The translations under genes were made by a program, and so were the position numbers. From an uncultured Chloroflexia bacterium (lineage in GTDB: Bacteria; Chloroflexota; Limnocylindria; Limnocylindrales; CSP1-4), in NCBI GenBank assembly GCA_963748625.1, contig CAVVJT010000007.1, positions 800,001 through 864,000 on the forward strand: a stretch of 64,000 nt of DNA. The letters run 5' to 3'. The stretch's first letter is position 1; every line of letters starts with the position of its first letter. The notes below the pieces were generated by a model. That model saw only the letters and a list, made by a program, of their open reading frames with translations. It ran no database searches and was not told where the DNA came from. Positions 32,493 through 44,470 of the stretch are shown one piece after another.

Positions 32493-32580
32493 TCACGTCG
32501 CCTCCCGGGCGAAACGCAACATCACAGCGGCGATCCACCCGTAGGCAAGCACGATGGCGACGCGTTGCAGCAGCCCCGCG
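32493..32580 (-). pseudogene. 3' fragment of a membrane protein gene (DUF998-like end)
   Basis: AGLLQRVAIVLAYGWIAAVMLRFAREAT* with no upstream body. Confidence 0.35.
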
Positions 32581-32682
32581 CGCCGTCGAACCGGGTGCAC
32601 GGCGGCGGATCCCCGGTTCCCGTCGTGCTAGCCCCTAGAGGAACCGTTGGCTCAGAGCCTGGACTGAGCCCCCGGCGCCGAG

Positions 32683-32708
32683 AGGGCATGGCCCAAACGG
32701 CCGAATAG
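32683..32708 (+). repeat. HTH copy 4, last codons only
   Basis: GAGGGCATGGCCCAAACGGCCGAATAG versus copy 1 GAGGGCATGGCCCAAACGGACGAATGA. Confidence 0.7.
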
Positions 32709-32870
32709 CCACTGCGGCCCGGCCCCCGCACGCTTGGGGGCATGACGGCGCGCTGGTCCGATCCACACCGGCTCCCGGGCCCCCCGGCCTGTTGCGACCC
32801 CGGGTACGCCCGCGCCGTCACCCCCGCGGGGGGGCGAGGAATGCGAGAGCGAGCTCCACCTCGCTCATCG

Positions 32871-33548
32871 GGTCGGCAGGCAACGGCAAGGGCGTCGTGC
32901 CCGAGGCCGTGATCGCCGCCTCGATCGCGCTCGATGCCCTGCTGCTGCGCGGCGACCTCGCCGAGCTTCGGGCCGCCGGGATCCGGTTCCGCTCCGGCAC
33001 CGAGAGCCGCGATCACCCGCGAGCTCCGGGCGATCCCGATCGATGCGCACCACCTCATCGACCACCACTACATCGCCGGGACGGCTCAAGCCCTCCTGCT
33101 GGCGGCCCTGGGCGGACGACCCGGCGGGCTTCCCGCAGGCCCGCTACCTCGCCGCCCTCGCACCAGCGCCGCCCGCTCCGGAGGAGACCGTGAACAGCTA
33201 CCCCGTGCCCAAGGTGCCCTCGGTCGCCACCGTGCCCGCGGGCACCTGGCTGTACGCGACGTCTGCGCTCGAACCCTCGCCCGACAACATCCGGTCGACC
33301 CGGGGCGCGACATGCCCTACCTCGGCCAGCCGGCGAGCACGGTCCGCATCGTCGAGTACGTCGATGCGAAGGGCGTCCACCAGGGTCGCGCGATGTTCGC
33401 GAAGGCGACCGAGGTCACCACCATCCGCCCGGCACCCGACCTCACGCCGTTCAGCCAGGCGCAGCTCGACGCTGCCGAGAAGCTCGCGGCCGCGGCGGTC
33501 AAGGCGGCCGCCGACCGCGCGGCCGCCGCGTACGGAGCGTGCACGTGA
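32871..33548 (+). pseudogene. Headless, frameshifted phage endolysin-like gene
   Basis: Coding-like segments over several frames (..LIDHHYIAG/LKPSCWRPW..) resembling an amidase C-terminal half; stop overlaps the holin-like start. Confidence 0.45.
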
Positions 33549-33736
33549 TGGATAGCCAGCCAGGCTCGATCTGGGGCCGCGAACCTGCGATGGTGCTCGC
33601 GCTTGTCCAGGCGGTCATCGCCCTGGTCGTCGCGTTCGGCCTCAGCCTCGCATCCGATCAGATCGGCGCGATCCTCGCCGTCACCGCGGTGATCCTCGGA
33701 CTCATCACGCGCAGCCGAGTGAGCCCGGCGTCGTGA
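33548..33736 (+). CDS. Small two-TM holin-like protein
   Basis: REPAMVLALVQAVIAL..AFGLSL..DQIGAI...R.RVSP, resembling actinophage holins. Confidence 0.65.
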   Translation: MDSQPGSIWGREPAMVLALVQAVIALVVAFGLSLASDQIGAILAVTAVILGLITRSRVSPAS

Positions 33737-33999
33737 GGGACGGGTACCTGCGCGGCTCGATCCCACGGACGCCGACGGCACGGCAGGTCGACGTCCTGGC
33801 CGCCTTCGTCGCCAGCGGCGGTTCCGTCGCGGATGCGGCCGCGCGGGTCGGCGTCCGGCCCAGCACCGCGAAGCGCCACCTCGCCGATCTGCGGGCCCGG
33901 TCGGGCCTCACGACCGAGCAACTGATCTACCGGGGGCGGGCGGAGGGGTGGCTGGTGGTCGCGAGCCTGGAACCAACGCTGGCCTTCGATCACCAGTGA
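33733..33999 (+). CDS. Second small stand-alone LuxR-type HTH protein
   Basis: PTARQVDVLAAF...SVADAAARVGVRPSTAKRHLADLR; GTGA overlap. Confidence 0.75.
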   Translation: MRDGYLRGSIPRTPTARQVDVLAAFVASGGSVADAAARVGVRPSTAKRHLADLRARSGLTTEQLIYRGRAEGWLVVASLEPTLAFDHQ

Positions 34000-34060
34000 C
34001 GGCTCCTGCAGTCGTGATGCGCCGGGTCTGCTGTCGGCACCCTACGCCGGGCGCGGCCTG

Positions 34061-34510
34061 TCAGCCGCCGACGGGAGCCGGTTCGGGACGGCCGAACAGG
34101 CCGAGCTGCATCAGCAGACCCAGCTGATCCGGGACGCCCCAGTGCTCGACGATCCGTCCGTCCCGCAAGCGCACCTGGTCGAAGACCGTGATCTCCGCTC
34201 GCCGGCCGGTGGCTGACCGGCCGAAGATGCTGCCGGTGTTGAGGCCGCGGCCGGTCGCGCGAATCCAGACCTGGTCACCCTGGGCGACGAGGTCGTCGAT
34301 GGTCAGCTCGAAGTCGCTGAACCACTCATGCAGCGTACGGATGGTCTCCTTCGTCCCCTCGGCCCCGCCCTTGAGGCCCCGCTGGTGCTCGATCGAGTCG
34401 GACGCCACGAGCTCGTCGCAGACGTCGGCATTGCCGCGGGTGAAGCCTTCGTCGAAGAGGCGACGGACCGCCGCGACGTTCCGCTCGATGGTCTCCTGGT
34501 CGACGCTCAT
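34061..34510 (-). CDS. SnoaL-like ester cyclase
   Basis: NVAAVRRLFDE, DLVAQGDQV, DGRIVEHWG..D.LGL. Confidence 0.88.
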   Translation of the reverse strand: MSVDQETIERNVAAVRRLFDEGFTRGNADVCDELVASDSIEHQRGLKGGAEGTKETIRTLHEWFSDFELTIDDLVAQGDQVWIRATGRGLNTGSIFGRSATGRRAEITVFDQVRLRDGRIVEHWGVPDQLGLLMQLGLFGRPEPAPVGG

Positions 34511-34575
34511 GGGACGCTCCTCCTGACGGCTCAATAGAGTTATGCTCTAATGACATAGTGTTGTACTCTATCGAG

Positions 34576-35217
34576 ATGCGAGACGTCAAGAGCCCCGCCG
34601 GCAGCCTGCGGGCCGAGCAGGCAGCGGTCACGACGCGCCGGATCCTTGATGCGGCGCGCCGGCGGTTCGGCGATGCCGGCTATGCGGCCACGACGCTCCG
34701 CGAGATCGCGTCCGAGGCCGGCGTTGCGGTCCAGACGGTCTACGCGGTCTTCGGGTCGAAGGCCAACATCCTGCGCGCCCTGCGCGAGTCGGTCGTGACC
34801 GATCCGGCGGCGTCTGAGGCGTTCGCCGCCGCCCTCGCGGCCCAGGACCTTGACGAGGCCCTGGGCTCGTTCGCGCGGTCGATCCGTCTGCGCTGGGAGG
34901 CAGGACATGATGTCGTGATGATCAACATGAAGGCGGCGGCGGCGAATCCAGACATCCGTGCCGAGGTCGCGGCTGCGGAGGCGGCGCGGGGCGGCGGAAT
35001 CGCGCGCCTGTCGCAGCGCCTCAGCGAGCTCGATCGCGGGCTCGATCCTCGACGCGTCGAGGCGCTCCTCGATGCCCTGACGCTCACGGCGGTGTACGAG
35101 CAGCTCGTGGCGAACCACGGCTGGTCCTCGGACGACTACGAGTCCTGGCTCGCGGGTGCCCTCCGCAGGGACGTCCGGGCCTCGACGCAGGCCATCGACC
35201 AGGGGGTCCCGCGATGA
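34576..35217 (+). CDS. TetR/AcrR family regulator
   Basis: ILDAARRRF...GYAATTLREIA.EAGVAVQTVY..FGSK; TAGAG-ttatg-CTCTA inverted repeat in the divergent intergenic gap. Confidence 0.9.
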   Translation: MRDVKSPAGSLRAEQAAVTTRRILDAARRRFGDAGYAATTLREIASEAGVAVQTVYAVFGSKANILRALRESVVTDPAASEAFAAALAAQDLDEALGSFARSIRLRWEAGHDVVMINMKAAAANPDIRAEVAAAEAARGGGIARLSQRLSELDRGLDPRRVEALLDALTLTAVYEQLVANHGWSSDDYESWLAGALRRDVRASTQAIDQGVPR

Positions 35218-35780
35218 CCACCACGCAGCCGCCCTCGGCATCGGGCGAGTCGCCTCCGACCGAACCGCGCCCGATCCGCCAGCCGTCCCCGCCGACCGGA
35301 ACGCTTCGCGCACTCCTGGGGCTGCCCGTCCACCTCTACCACGCGCATCTCGGTGGCCTCCTGGGCCACCGGTTCCTGCTGCTCGTCCACACGGGCCGCA
35401 AGTCGGGGCTGCCCCGCGAGACGGTCCTCGAGGTCGTGCGATACAACCCGGCCACCCGGGAGTCCGTCGTTGCCGCTGGCTGGGGCCGGAGGACCGGATG
35501 GCTCCACAACGTCGAGGCCGGGCTGGCCCACGAGGTTCGGACCGGCCGGCAGCGTTTCACGCCAGCCTGGCGCATCCTCCCGCCAGACGAGGCAGAACGG
35601 ATCTTCGCCGACTACGAGCGCCGCAACCGGCTCATCGCACCGATCATTCGGGCGGTATTGAGCCGTCTCCTGGGCTGGCGCTACGACGGCACGTCCGCCG
35701 CCCGTCGGCGGGCAGTCGAACAGCTCTCGCTCGTGGGCTTCCGACCGCAGCCCGATAGGGAACCTGCTCCCCAGGCCTAG
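35214..35780 (+). CDS. Deazaflavin (F420)-dependent nitroreductase family protein
   Basis: LLLVHTGRKSG.PR.T.L, W.HNV.A. Confidence 0.85.
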   Translation: MTTTQPPSASGESPPTEPRPIRQPSPPTGTLRALLGLPVHLYHAHLGGLLGHRFLLLVHTGRKSGLPRETVLEVVRYNPATRESVVAAGWGRRTGWLHNVEAGLAHEVRTGRQRFTPAWRILPPDEAERIFADYERRNRLIAPIIRAVLSRLLGWRYDGTSAARRRAVEQLSLVGFRPQPDREPAPQA

Positions 35781-35878
35781 CACCCGAGGGTCCCGCCCGG
35801 CGCCGGACCGACCCGATCGCCGCAGAGTTGGGACGCGGCCTTCGGGGCTGGGGACCAGCCAATCTCGATTGGTCAGCC

Positions 35879-35924
35879 TGGTCGGGGCGAGAGGGCTTGA
35901 CCCCGCAGAACCTACCTCATCGAC
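35879..35924 (-). repeat. att-like copy of the tRNA-Pro 3' end
   Basis: 16/16 core match plus GAACCTACCTCATCGAC shared with the 22779 copy. Confidence 0.9.
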
Positions 35925-35930
35925 TTGGGC

Positions 35931-36272
35931 TCAGCCGGAGGCGAGGAGTTCGTCCACCTCGCGACGCAGGTCCCCGAGCCGGGTGCCGACCATATCCCAC
36001 ACCAGCATGTCGTCGACGCCGGCGTAGCCGTGGATCAGGATGTTGCGGAACGCGATGATGCGCCGATGGTCGCTGATCCGGCCGGCGGTCTCCGGGTCGA
36101 CCTTCGCCAGCTGGCCGAGCGCCTCGCCGATGACCTCGAACTGGCGCTCGACCGCGGACCGCACCATCGCATCGGCGGCGTACGTGTCGTAGTCCAGGCC
36201 GGTGGTGAAGTCCGCGATCAGCGCGGCGGCCTGCCGCATGTCATAGAGGTAGGCCTTTGCCTCACGCGGCAT
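35931..36272 (-). CDS. HEPN (DUF86/HepT-like) RNase toxin
   Basis: AVERQFEVIGEA, RNILIH (Rx4H) followed by GY. Confidence 0.9.
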   Translation of the reverse strand: MPREAKAYLYDMRQAAALIADFTTGLDYDTYAADAMVRSAVERQFEVIGEALGQLAKVDPETAGRISDHRRIIAFRNILIHGYAGVDDMLVWDMVGTRLGDLRREVDELLASG

Positions 36273-36570
36273 AGAGCAGCGTCCTTGTCCGCTCGATATC
36301 GGCCTTGATGTACGGGTTGCGGACGGCCGAGGAGGCCACGAGGTCAACCTGGCGGCCGAAGAGAGCCTCAAGCGCTTCGCGGAGGCCAAAGTAGGCGTCC
36401 GCGTACCCGCCCACCGGCAGCGCCTCGAACTCGACGAGCAGATCGACGTCGCTCCGTTCGGGATCGAAGTCCTCTCGGGCGGCCGACCCGAACACGAACA
36501 AGCTGTGCACGCGGTACCGTCGGCACAGATCCTCGAGTGCGGCACGGTGGTCGTCGATAAACGGGCTCAT
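36262..36570 (-). CDS. Minimal nucleotidyltransferase (MNT) antitoxin
   Basis: [20 protein letters not shown] (GSx10DxD-type motif). Confidence 0.9.
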   Translation of the reverse strand: MSPFIDDHRAALEDLCRRYRVHSLFVFGSAAREDFDPERSDVDLLVEFEALPVGGYADAYFGLREALEALFGRQVDLVASSAVRNPYIKADIERTRTLLYAA

Positions 36571-36651
36571 GTCGGTGGCTCCTCGCTCGAAGAGTACCCG
36601 AGGCCGGATCCCACGACGACGGCTGGCGATGCGCGGCAGCGAGACACGAAG

Positions 36652-36678
36652 GAGCCCTCCTCGCCACGAGAAGGGCTC
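36652..36678 (-). terminator. Hairpin downstream of the tRNA
   Basis: GAGCCCTcCTCG / CGAGaAGGGCTC inverted repeat. Confidence 0.5.
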
Positions 36679-36700
36679 TGGACCGGATGACAGCTGGATC

Positions 36701-36777
<77 letters not shown>

Positions 36778-36866
36778 ACCGAAAGTGCCCGCTGAGGGGC
36801 CGGGGAATGATAGCGCATGCTGCCTCGACCATCGAGCGGGCGGCCGGATGGCACCAACCTTGGCGC

Positions 36867-36936
36867 CCGGACGCGACCCGCCTAGGCCCCGGACGCGACC
36901 CGCCTGGTCCCCGGGCGCGACCCGCCTAGGCCCCGG
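36867..36936. repeat. About 22 bp tandem repeat x3 (CCGGACGCGACCCGCCTAGGCC)
   Basis: Read directly from the sequence. Confidence 0.75.
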
Positions 36937-36947
36937 GCACCGGCACC

Positions 36948-37829
36948 CTACTGGGCCTCAGGTGCGACACAGGTCCAGCGCATCGTGAGCTCGAAGGTCG
37001 GCGGCCAGGGGTCGTTCGGGATCTCGAGGTTGACGTAGGTCAGTCCGGAGCCGCCATACGGGTCTGCGAAGCGGGTGCCCTGGATGCGCGCGCTGCCCGA
37101 CAGGCCCGTCTCGGTGAGCTCCATCACCCGGTAGTCATAGACCCCCAGGAATGAGAGCGGAGGCTCGGCGAGGGTGGCCCCGTCCGGCGCGGTGTACTCC
37201 AGGTAGGGGGCGGGCCGCTCCGGGACGTTCGGGGGCTCGAACGAGGGCCGGGGCTGGTCAGGCTGTGATGCGAGCGCGGGTGCTGGGGCGGCCCAGGTGT
37301 AGGTCTCGCCCGTTGCCACGTTCCGCAGGTCGAGCATCGGCACGCCATTGGCCCGCGGGTTGACGACTGCCACCGAGTCGGGGTCGCCGACGACCGGACG
37401 ACAGCTGACCGGCACGTCCACAGTCGAGCTGAGGGGCGGGCCAAACGCCAGCCGGACCGTGCCGCCGTAGGTGGGCGAACCACTTCCGGCAGCGACGGTT
37501 GCGGCGCCCACGGAGTAGGCGACCCAGCCCGCGACGAAGACCAGGCTCCAGCGCCACGGCGAAGGGCGGCCCCCCGAGTTCGGCGATTCGTCGGGACGGC
37601 GGCGGGCGGAGTAGACAAGGATGACGAGCGCGCCCGCGAGGGTCAGCACAGCCCCGATGCCCATGGACCAGCCGGGGGCCGGGCGCCCCAGGAACGGGTC
37701 GGCGAGACCCGCCAGCTGGTAGCGCATGTCGATCGTGGCCTGGTGGAAGGCGAACGCGCCAATGCCGAGGGCCACGAGCACGATCAGGACGTCTGCCCCG
37801 CTGACCCGGAGTCCGCGGTCCGCCATCAC
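36948..37829 (-). CDS. Hypothetical three-TM membrane protein
   Basis: Three hydrophobic segments then a soluble domain. Confidence 0.65.
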   Translation of the reverse strand: MMADRGLRVSGADVLIVLVALGIGAFAFHQATIDMRYQLAGLADPFLGRPAPGWSMGIGAVLTLAGALVILVYSARRRPDESPNSGGRPSPWRWSLVFVAGWVAYSVGAATVAAGSGSPTYGGTVRLAFGPPLSSTVDVPVSCRPVVGDPDSVAVVNPRANGVPMLDLRNVATGETYTWAAPAPALASQPDQPRPSFEPPNVPERPAPYLEYTAPDGATLAEPPLSFLGVYDYRVMELTETGLSGSARIQGTRFADPYGGSGLTYVNLEIPNDPWPPTFELTMRWTCVAPEAQ

Positions 37830-37994
37830 CCCAATCCTCGATCCGTGGGTCGCCGATGCCTGCGCAGAATGCGCGCCAGGAGCACACGGCGACAGGGCCG
37901 GACGGATCGCCTCGCGTCACTCGATCGCCGCAAATCACTCGATCGCCTCGACCCCTTGACGCAATTCCGACCTATTCGCTAGGATATGCGCCAT

Positions 37995-38103
37995 CCGAAG
38001 GGGAGTACCCCTCCAAGCGCGTCGGCGTCAATACGATCCACTGGTTGTGGATCCGCCGTCGCCAGCCGGCCGAACTGTGCCGGCTGGGGAAGACCATCGG
38101 GCT
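37995..38103 (+). ncRNA. yybP-ykoY (Mn2+) riboswitch
   Basis: AAGGGGAGTA...CGTCAATAC...two hairpins...AAGACC pattern directly upstream of a TerC gene; TTGACG-18-TAGGAT promoter at 37956-37985. Confidence 0.85.
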
Positions 38104-38135
38104 GTAGTTCGCACAGCCTGGAGGTCCGCGTCAAC

Positions 38136-39110
38136 TTGTCACCTGATCTCATCGCCCTGGTCGTGCTGGGTGCCGTCATCGTCGGCATGCTCGCGCTCGA
38201 CCTGTTCGTCTTCCACCGCAAGGCCCACGAGGTCTCGTTGCGTGAGGCCGCTGCCTGGAGCGTGGTCTGGATCACCCTCGGCCTGGCCTTCGGCGGGTTC
38301 GTCTGGCTGACCCGCGGGTCCACGGCGGGCGGCGAGTACCTCGCCGGCTACGTCATCGAGAAGTCGCTCTCGATGGACAACGTGTTCCTGTTCGCGATGC
38401 TGTTCACGTACTTCGCGGTCCCCTCGGTCTACCAGCACCGCGTGCTGTTCTGGGGCGTCGTTGGCGCGATCGTGTTCCGGGCGATCTTCATCCTCGCCGG
38501 GGCCGCGCTGCTGGAGTCGTTCCACTTCCTGATCTACGGGTTCGGCATCCTGCTGCTCCTGACGGGCATCAAGATGTGGCGCTCGACGGGCCACTCGGTG
38601 CACCCTGAGAAGAACCTCGTCCTGCGCCTGGTCCGGCGCGTGATCCCGATCACGCCCGACTACCACGGCCAGAGCTTCTTCGTCCGCCACAAGGGCGCGC
38701 TGATGGCGACCCCGCTGTTCGCGGTCCTGGTGGTGGTCGAGACGACAGACATCATGTTCGCGATCGACTCGATCCCCGCGATCTTCGCGATCACGACGGA
38801 CCCGTTCATCGTGCTCTCGTCGAACCTGTTCGCGATCCTGGGCCTGCGGGCGCTGTACTTCCTGCTGGCCGGGATGATCGGCCGGTTCGTGTACCTCAAG
38901 CAGGGCCTGGCGGCGCTGCTGGTGTTCGCCGGCGCCAAGATCCTGGTCGCCGACATCTACAAGATGCCGGTTGCAGTGTCGCTGGGCGTGATCATCGCGA
39001 TCCTGGCCGTGTCCATCGGCGCCTCGCTCTGGGCGACCCGTCGCTCCGGCGGCGGTGACGCGGCGTCCCCCATCGCGCCGCATGCCGAGGGTGCGGAGGG
39101 CGCCGCATGA
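38136..39110 (+). CDS. TerC/Alx family Mn exporter
   Basis: YVIEKSLSMDNVF, QHRVLFWG, VETTDIMFAIDSIPA, SNLFAILGLRALYF. Confidence 0.92.
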   Translation: MSPDLIALVVLGAVIVGMLALDLFVFHRKAHEVSLREAAAWSVVWITLGLAFGGFVWLTRGSTAGGEYLAGYVIEKSLSMDNVFLFAMLFTYFAVPSVYQHRVLFWGVVGAIVFRAIFILAGAALLESFHFLIYGFGILLLLTGIKMWRSTGHSVHPEKNLVLRLVRRVIPITPDYHGQSFFVRHKGALMATPLFAVLVVVETTDIMFAIDSIPAIFAITTDPFIVLSSNLFAILGLRALYFLLAGMIGRFVYLKQGLAALLVFAGAKILVADIYKMPVAVSLGVIIAILAVSIGASLWATRRSGGGDAASPIAPHAEGAEGAA

Positions 39111-39211
39111 GCGGAAGCCCGATGAGCCCGGCCGCACGCGTGAACCGCGTCCTCCTGGTCCTGATCACCGCCGTCGTCGTCGTGTCGATGACGCTCGGTT
39201 CCGTCCTCTGA
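39107..39211 (+). CDS. 34-aa single-TM peptide coupled to TerC
   Basis: ATGA overlap; MSGSPMSPAARVNRVLLVLITAVVVVSMTLGSVL. Confidence 0.5.
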   Translation: MSGSPMSPAARVNRVLLVLITAVVVVSMTLGSVL

Positions 39212-39252
39212 CCTCCCCCACTCCACCAACCAGCTTCGAAAGGAGCAGACCG

Positions 39253-39792
39253 ATGACCTCCAACATGGCCCTCCGCTGCCCCAAGTGCGCAGGCGAGATG
39301 GCCTCGTACGAACGCAGCGGCATCCACGTGGAGCAGTGCCGCGAGTGCCGCGGGATCTTCCTCGACCGCGGCGAGCTCGAGCGCCTCGTCGATGCCGAGG
39401 GCGGCGCCTGGGTCGGGCCCCAGCCCGGCGTGCCGGCCGGAGCGCGGCATGCTGCGCCCATGCCGGTGCCGCCGGCGGGCTACCCGATGCCGCATGCGGG
39501 CTATCCGGGACCACAGGCGGGCTATCCGGGACCACAGGCGGGCTATCCGGGACCACAGGCGGGCTATCCGGGACCACAGGCGGGCTATCCGGGACCACAG
39601 GCGGGGTATCCGGGACCACAGGCGGGGTATCCGGGACCACAGGCGGGGTATCCGCCGCAGCCCCGCTCGGACTGGGACTCCGACGACGACGACCGTGACG
39701 ATCGCCGGGGGTTCGATCCTCGTAGCTCGTCCGGGCGACCGTCAAAGAAGCGGTCACTCTTCAGCGACCTGCTCGAGGGTCTCGGCGACTGA
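39253..39792 (+). CDS. zf-TFIIB zinc-ribbon protein with (AGYPGPQ)7 tract
   Basis: CPKC...CRECRGIFLDRGELE; KKRSLFSDLL end; AAGGAG RBS. Confidence 0.85.
   Translation: MTSNMALRCPKCAGEMASYERSGIHVEQCRECRGIFLDRGELERLVDAEGGAWVGPQPGVPAGARHAAPMPVPPAGYPMPHAGYPGPQAGYPGPQAGYPGPQAGYPGPQAGYPGPQAGYPGPQAGYPGPQAGYPPQPRSDWDSDDDDRDDRRGFDPRSSSGRPSKKRSLFSDLLEGLGD
39496..39654 (+). repeat. 21 bp coding tandem repeat x7 plus a partial unit
   Basis: GCGGG(C/G)TATCCGGGACCACAG. Confidence 0.95.
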
Positions 39793-39929
39793 GGGCCGCC
39801 GTCCGCGGACGGCCCCTGTACCAGAGGGGCGGCGCCTCCCGCCCGGTCCTGACCCTGACGGGCGCACCGGGGGCCGGCACCGCCCCTCCCATTTCTTCTC
39901 GGATCCACCTCCCGCTCGGAGCACCTGCC

Positions 39930-41147
39930 ATGCTGAATGACAGCCTTCGCCTTGGGCGCCTCCGGGGCATCTCCATCGGGGTGCACTGGAGCGTGGTCTT
40001 CATCGGCGGGCTCCTCGCGTGGGGCCTCGCGACCCGCATCCTTCCCGGCGCGGCACCTGGTCAGCCGTCGGCCGCCTACTGGACCTCCGGCATCCTCGTC
40101 GCGGTCATGTTCTTCGCATCCCTCCTCGCGCACGAGCTCGCCCACGCGTACTTCGCCGTTCGGGCCGGCGTCCGCGTCGAGGGCATCACCCTGTGGCTCC
40201 TCGGGGGCGTGGCCAAGCTCGACGGGAATGCCCCGACGCCGGGGCACGATCTCCGGATCGCCGCCTCCGGGCCGCTCGTGAGCGGTGCGCTCGGCGTGGC
40301 GTTCGCCGGCGTGGCCGTGGGGCTCGCGGCCGGCGGAGCGGCGCCGCTCATCGCCGAGGCCGCCGCGTGGCTCGCGCGCGTCAACCTGGTGCTCGCGGTC
40401 TTCAACCTGCTGCCCGGCGCCCCGCTCGACGGGGGCCGCATCGTGCGGGCGGTCGCGTGGCGCCTCGGCCGGGACCGGCTCCGGGCCTCGCTCCTCGCGA
40501 CTCGGCTGGGTCGGCTGCTCGGCTTCGGCCTGGTTGCCTTCGGCATGGTCGAGCTCATCGTGGGGGCAGATCTCGGCGGGATCTGGACGATCGTGATCGG
40601 CCTGTTCCTGACCGGAGCGGCGGCCGCGGAGCGCGATCACGAGGTGACCCGGAACGCGCTCGACGGGCTCCTCGTGCGCGACGTCATTGGGCCGCCGCCC
40701 GTCCGCGTCCCGGCCGGGTTCACCGTGGACCTGTTCGCCGACTCCGTCCTGGCGGGAAAGGGCCAGACCGCCGCCCTCGCCGTCGAGGCGGGTGGCGAGG
40801 TGCTTGGCGTCGCCGGCCTTGCCGAGGCCTCTGCCCTGCGAGGCGCGCGGCGGCGCGAAGCGCGCGTCCGGGACATCACGGTGCCGCTGTCCTCGGTGCC
40901 GGTGGTGGACCGCGACGAGCCGCTCCTCCCGGCGCTCGAGCGAGCGGCGGGCGCGGCGGCTTCGGGCGCGGCCGCTTCGAGCGCGGCCCGGCGCGAGCCC
41001 GCCGGGAACTACCTCCTTGTGATGGCCGAGGGCGAGGTCGTCGCGCTGGTGTCACCTGCCGACGTTGCCCGGACCGTGGCTGCTCGTGGTGCGTCATTGA
41101 CGGCTGCAGCGACCGGGACGCCGGCGGAGAGGACCGCGGGCCGGTAG
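39930..41147 (+). CDS. Site-2 (M50) metalloprotease with CBS-like C-terminus
   Basis: HELAH, FNLLPGAPLDGGR. Confidence 0.9.
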   Translation: MLNDSLRLGRLRGISIGVHWSVVFIGGLLAWGLATRILPGAAPGQPSAAYWTSGILVAVMFFASLLAHELAHAYFAVRAGVRVEGITLWLLGGVAKLDGNAPTPGHDLRIAASGPLVSGALGVAFAGVAVGLAAGGAAPLIAEAAAWLARVNLVLAVFNLLPGAPLDGGRIVRAVAWRLGRDRLRASLLATRLGRLLGFGLVAFGMVELIVGADLGGIWTIVIGLFLTGAAAAERDHEVTRNALDGLLVRDVIGPPPVRVPAGFTVDLFADSVLAGKGQTAALAVEAGGEVLGVAGLAEASALRGARRREARVRDITVPLSSVPVVDRDEPLLPALERAAGAAASGAAASSAARREPAGNYLLVMAEGEVVALVSPADVARTVAARGASLTAAATGTPAERTAGR

Positions 41148-41357
41148 CCCAGGGCTCACCGGGAGGTGGAGCGCGGCGCGTTCCCGCCACTCCTCTCCGA
41201 CCACTCCTCTCCGGCCACAACGACCCGCTGGTCCCCCGGCGGGTCGTGGCACCTCACCTGCTGAAGGCGTCGATCTGGGACCGGCAGTACGATCCGACCC
41301 GTTCGGCACAGAGACCGGCAGCCGCCGCTCGCCGACACCAGGGGATAGCCCTCCGCC

Positions 41358-42253
41358 ATGTCCGACCTTCACGGCCGCCGTTCGCGGCTCGCCGGCGTCG
41401 CCGCACTCGCGATCGCGAGCTCCCTGGCGCTGGGCGCCTGCAATGGCGAGATCGAGCTGCCGTCATTCGAGCTGCCGTCGTTCGAGCTTCCGTCCATCGG
41501 GCTGCCGTCGTTCGAGCTTCCGTCGGAGAAGCCGACCAAGCCGCCGAAGCCCACGAAGCCGCCGAAGCCGACGTCGGCCCCGACCGAGGAGCCCACGCCG
41601 GAGCCCACCCCCGAGCCGACGCCGGAGCCCACCCCCGAGCCGACGCCGGAGGCCACCCCCGAGCCGACGCCGGAGCCCACCCCCGAGCCGACGCCGGAGC
41701 CCACCCCGAGCCGACGCCGACTGCCAACCCGACGCCCGTCGTGACGCCGTCTCCAAAACCGGAAGCCACCGCCTCGCCCAGTCCGTCGCCCAGTCCGAGC
41801 CCGTCGCCGAGCACGACCTCAGAGCCCACGCAGAGCCCGGAGCCGACCGCTGAACCCAGCCCCGAGCCGAGTCCATCGCCGACCGGCCCGTATGGCCCCG
41901 GCGCCGGCGTCGATCTCCCGCCGCAGATGCTGTTCCTCCTGGGCGTGGTCGGTGTGGGCCTGCTCATCCTGCTGTGGCTGCGGCTGCGCGCAGGCCCGAC
42001 TCCACCGCCTGACGGCGGCCAGGAAGGCACCGGTGATCCGCCCGCTGGCGCTCCGGGCGACGGGCCGACGGCACCGCCCCCGCCACCGGTTCCGCCCGTG
42101 CCCCCGGCGACCGTGCAGGTGTTCCCGGTGCCGCCGCCTCAGGACGATGCGCCCACGACCGCGATCGAGCCCGTCGGCGAGCCCGTCGGCAATCCCGCCG
42201 ACCCCGATGATCTCGGGTCGCTGGTCGATCGCCGCGACAACGCGGACCGCTGA
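41358..42253 (+). CDS. Pro/Thr/Glu-rich lipoprotein with internal TM (frameshift near 41708)
   Basis: LALGAC lipobox, ELPSF and PEPT repeats, [20 protein letters not shown]. Confidence 0.6.
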
Positions 42254-42322
42254 CCGCTGACCGCCCTCGAATCGAAAGACCCGCCGGTCGCCCGGCGGGC
42301 CTCCGTTCCCCCCTGCTGAGGA

Positions 42323-44470
<2,148 letters not shown>

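Noticed and set aside
39496-39654. Possible CRISPR array
   Set aside because: Contiguous 21 bp units with no spacers, in frame inside a CDS; no cas genes in the window
41560-41880. PEPT/PSPS repeats (also 55085-55335 and 59620-59920)
   Set aside because: Ordinary Pro/Thr/Ser linkers of secreted proteins
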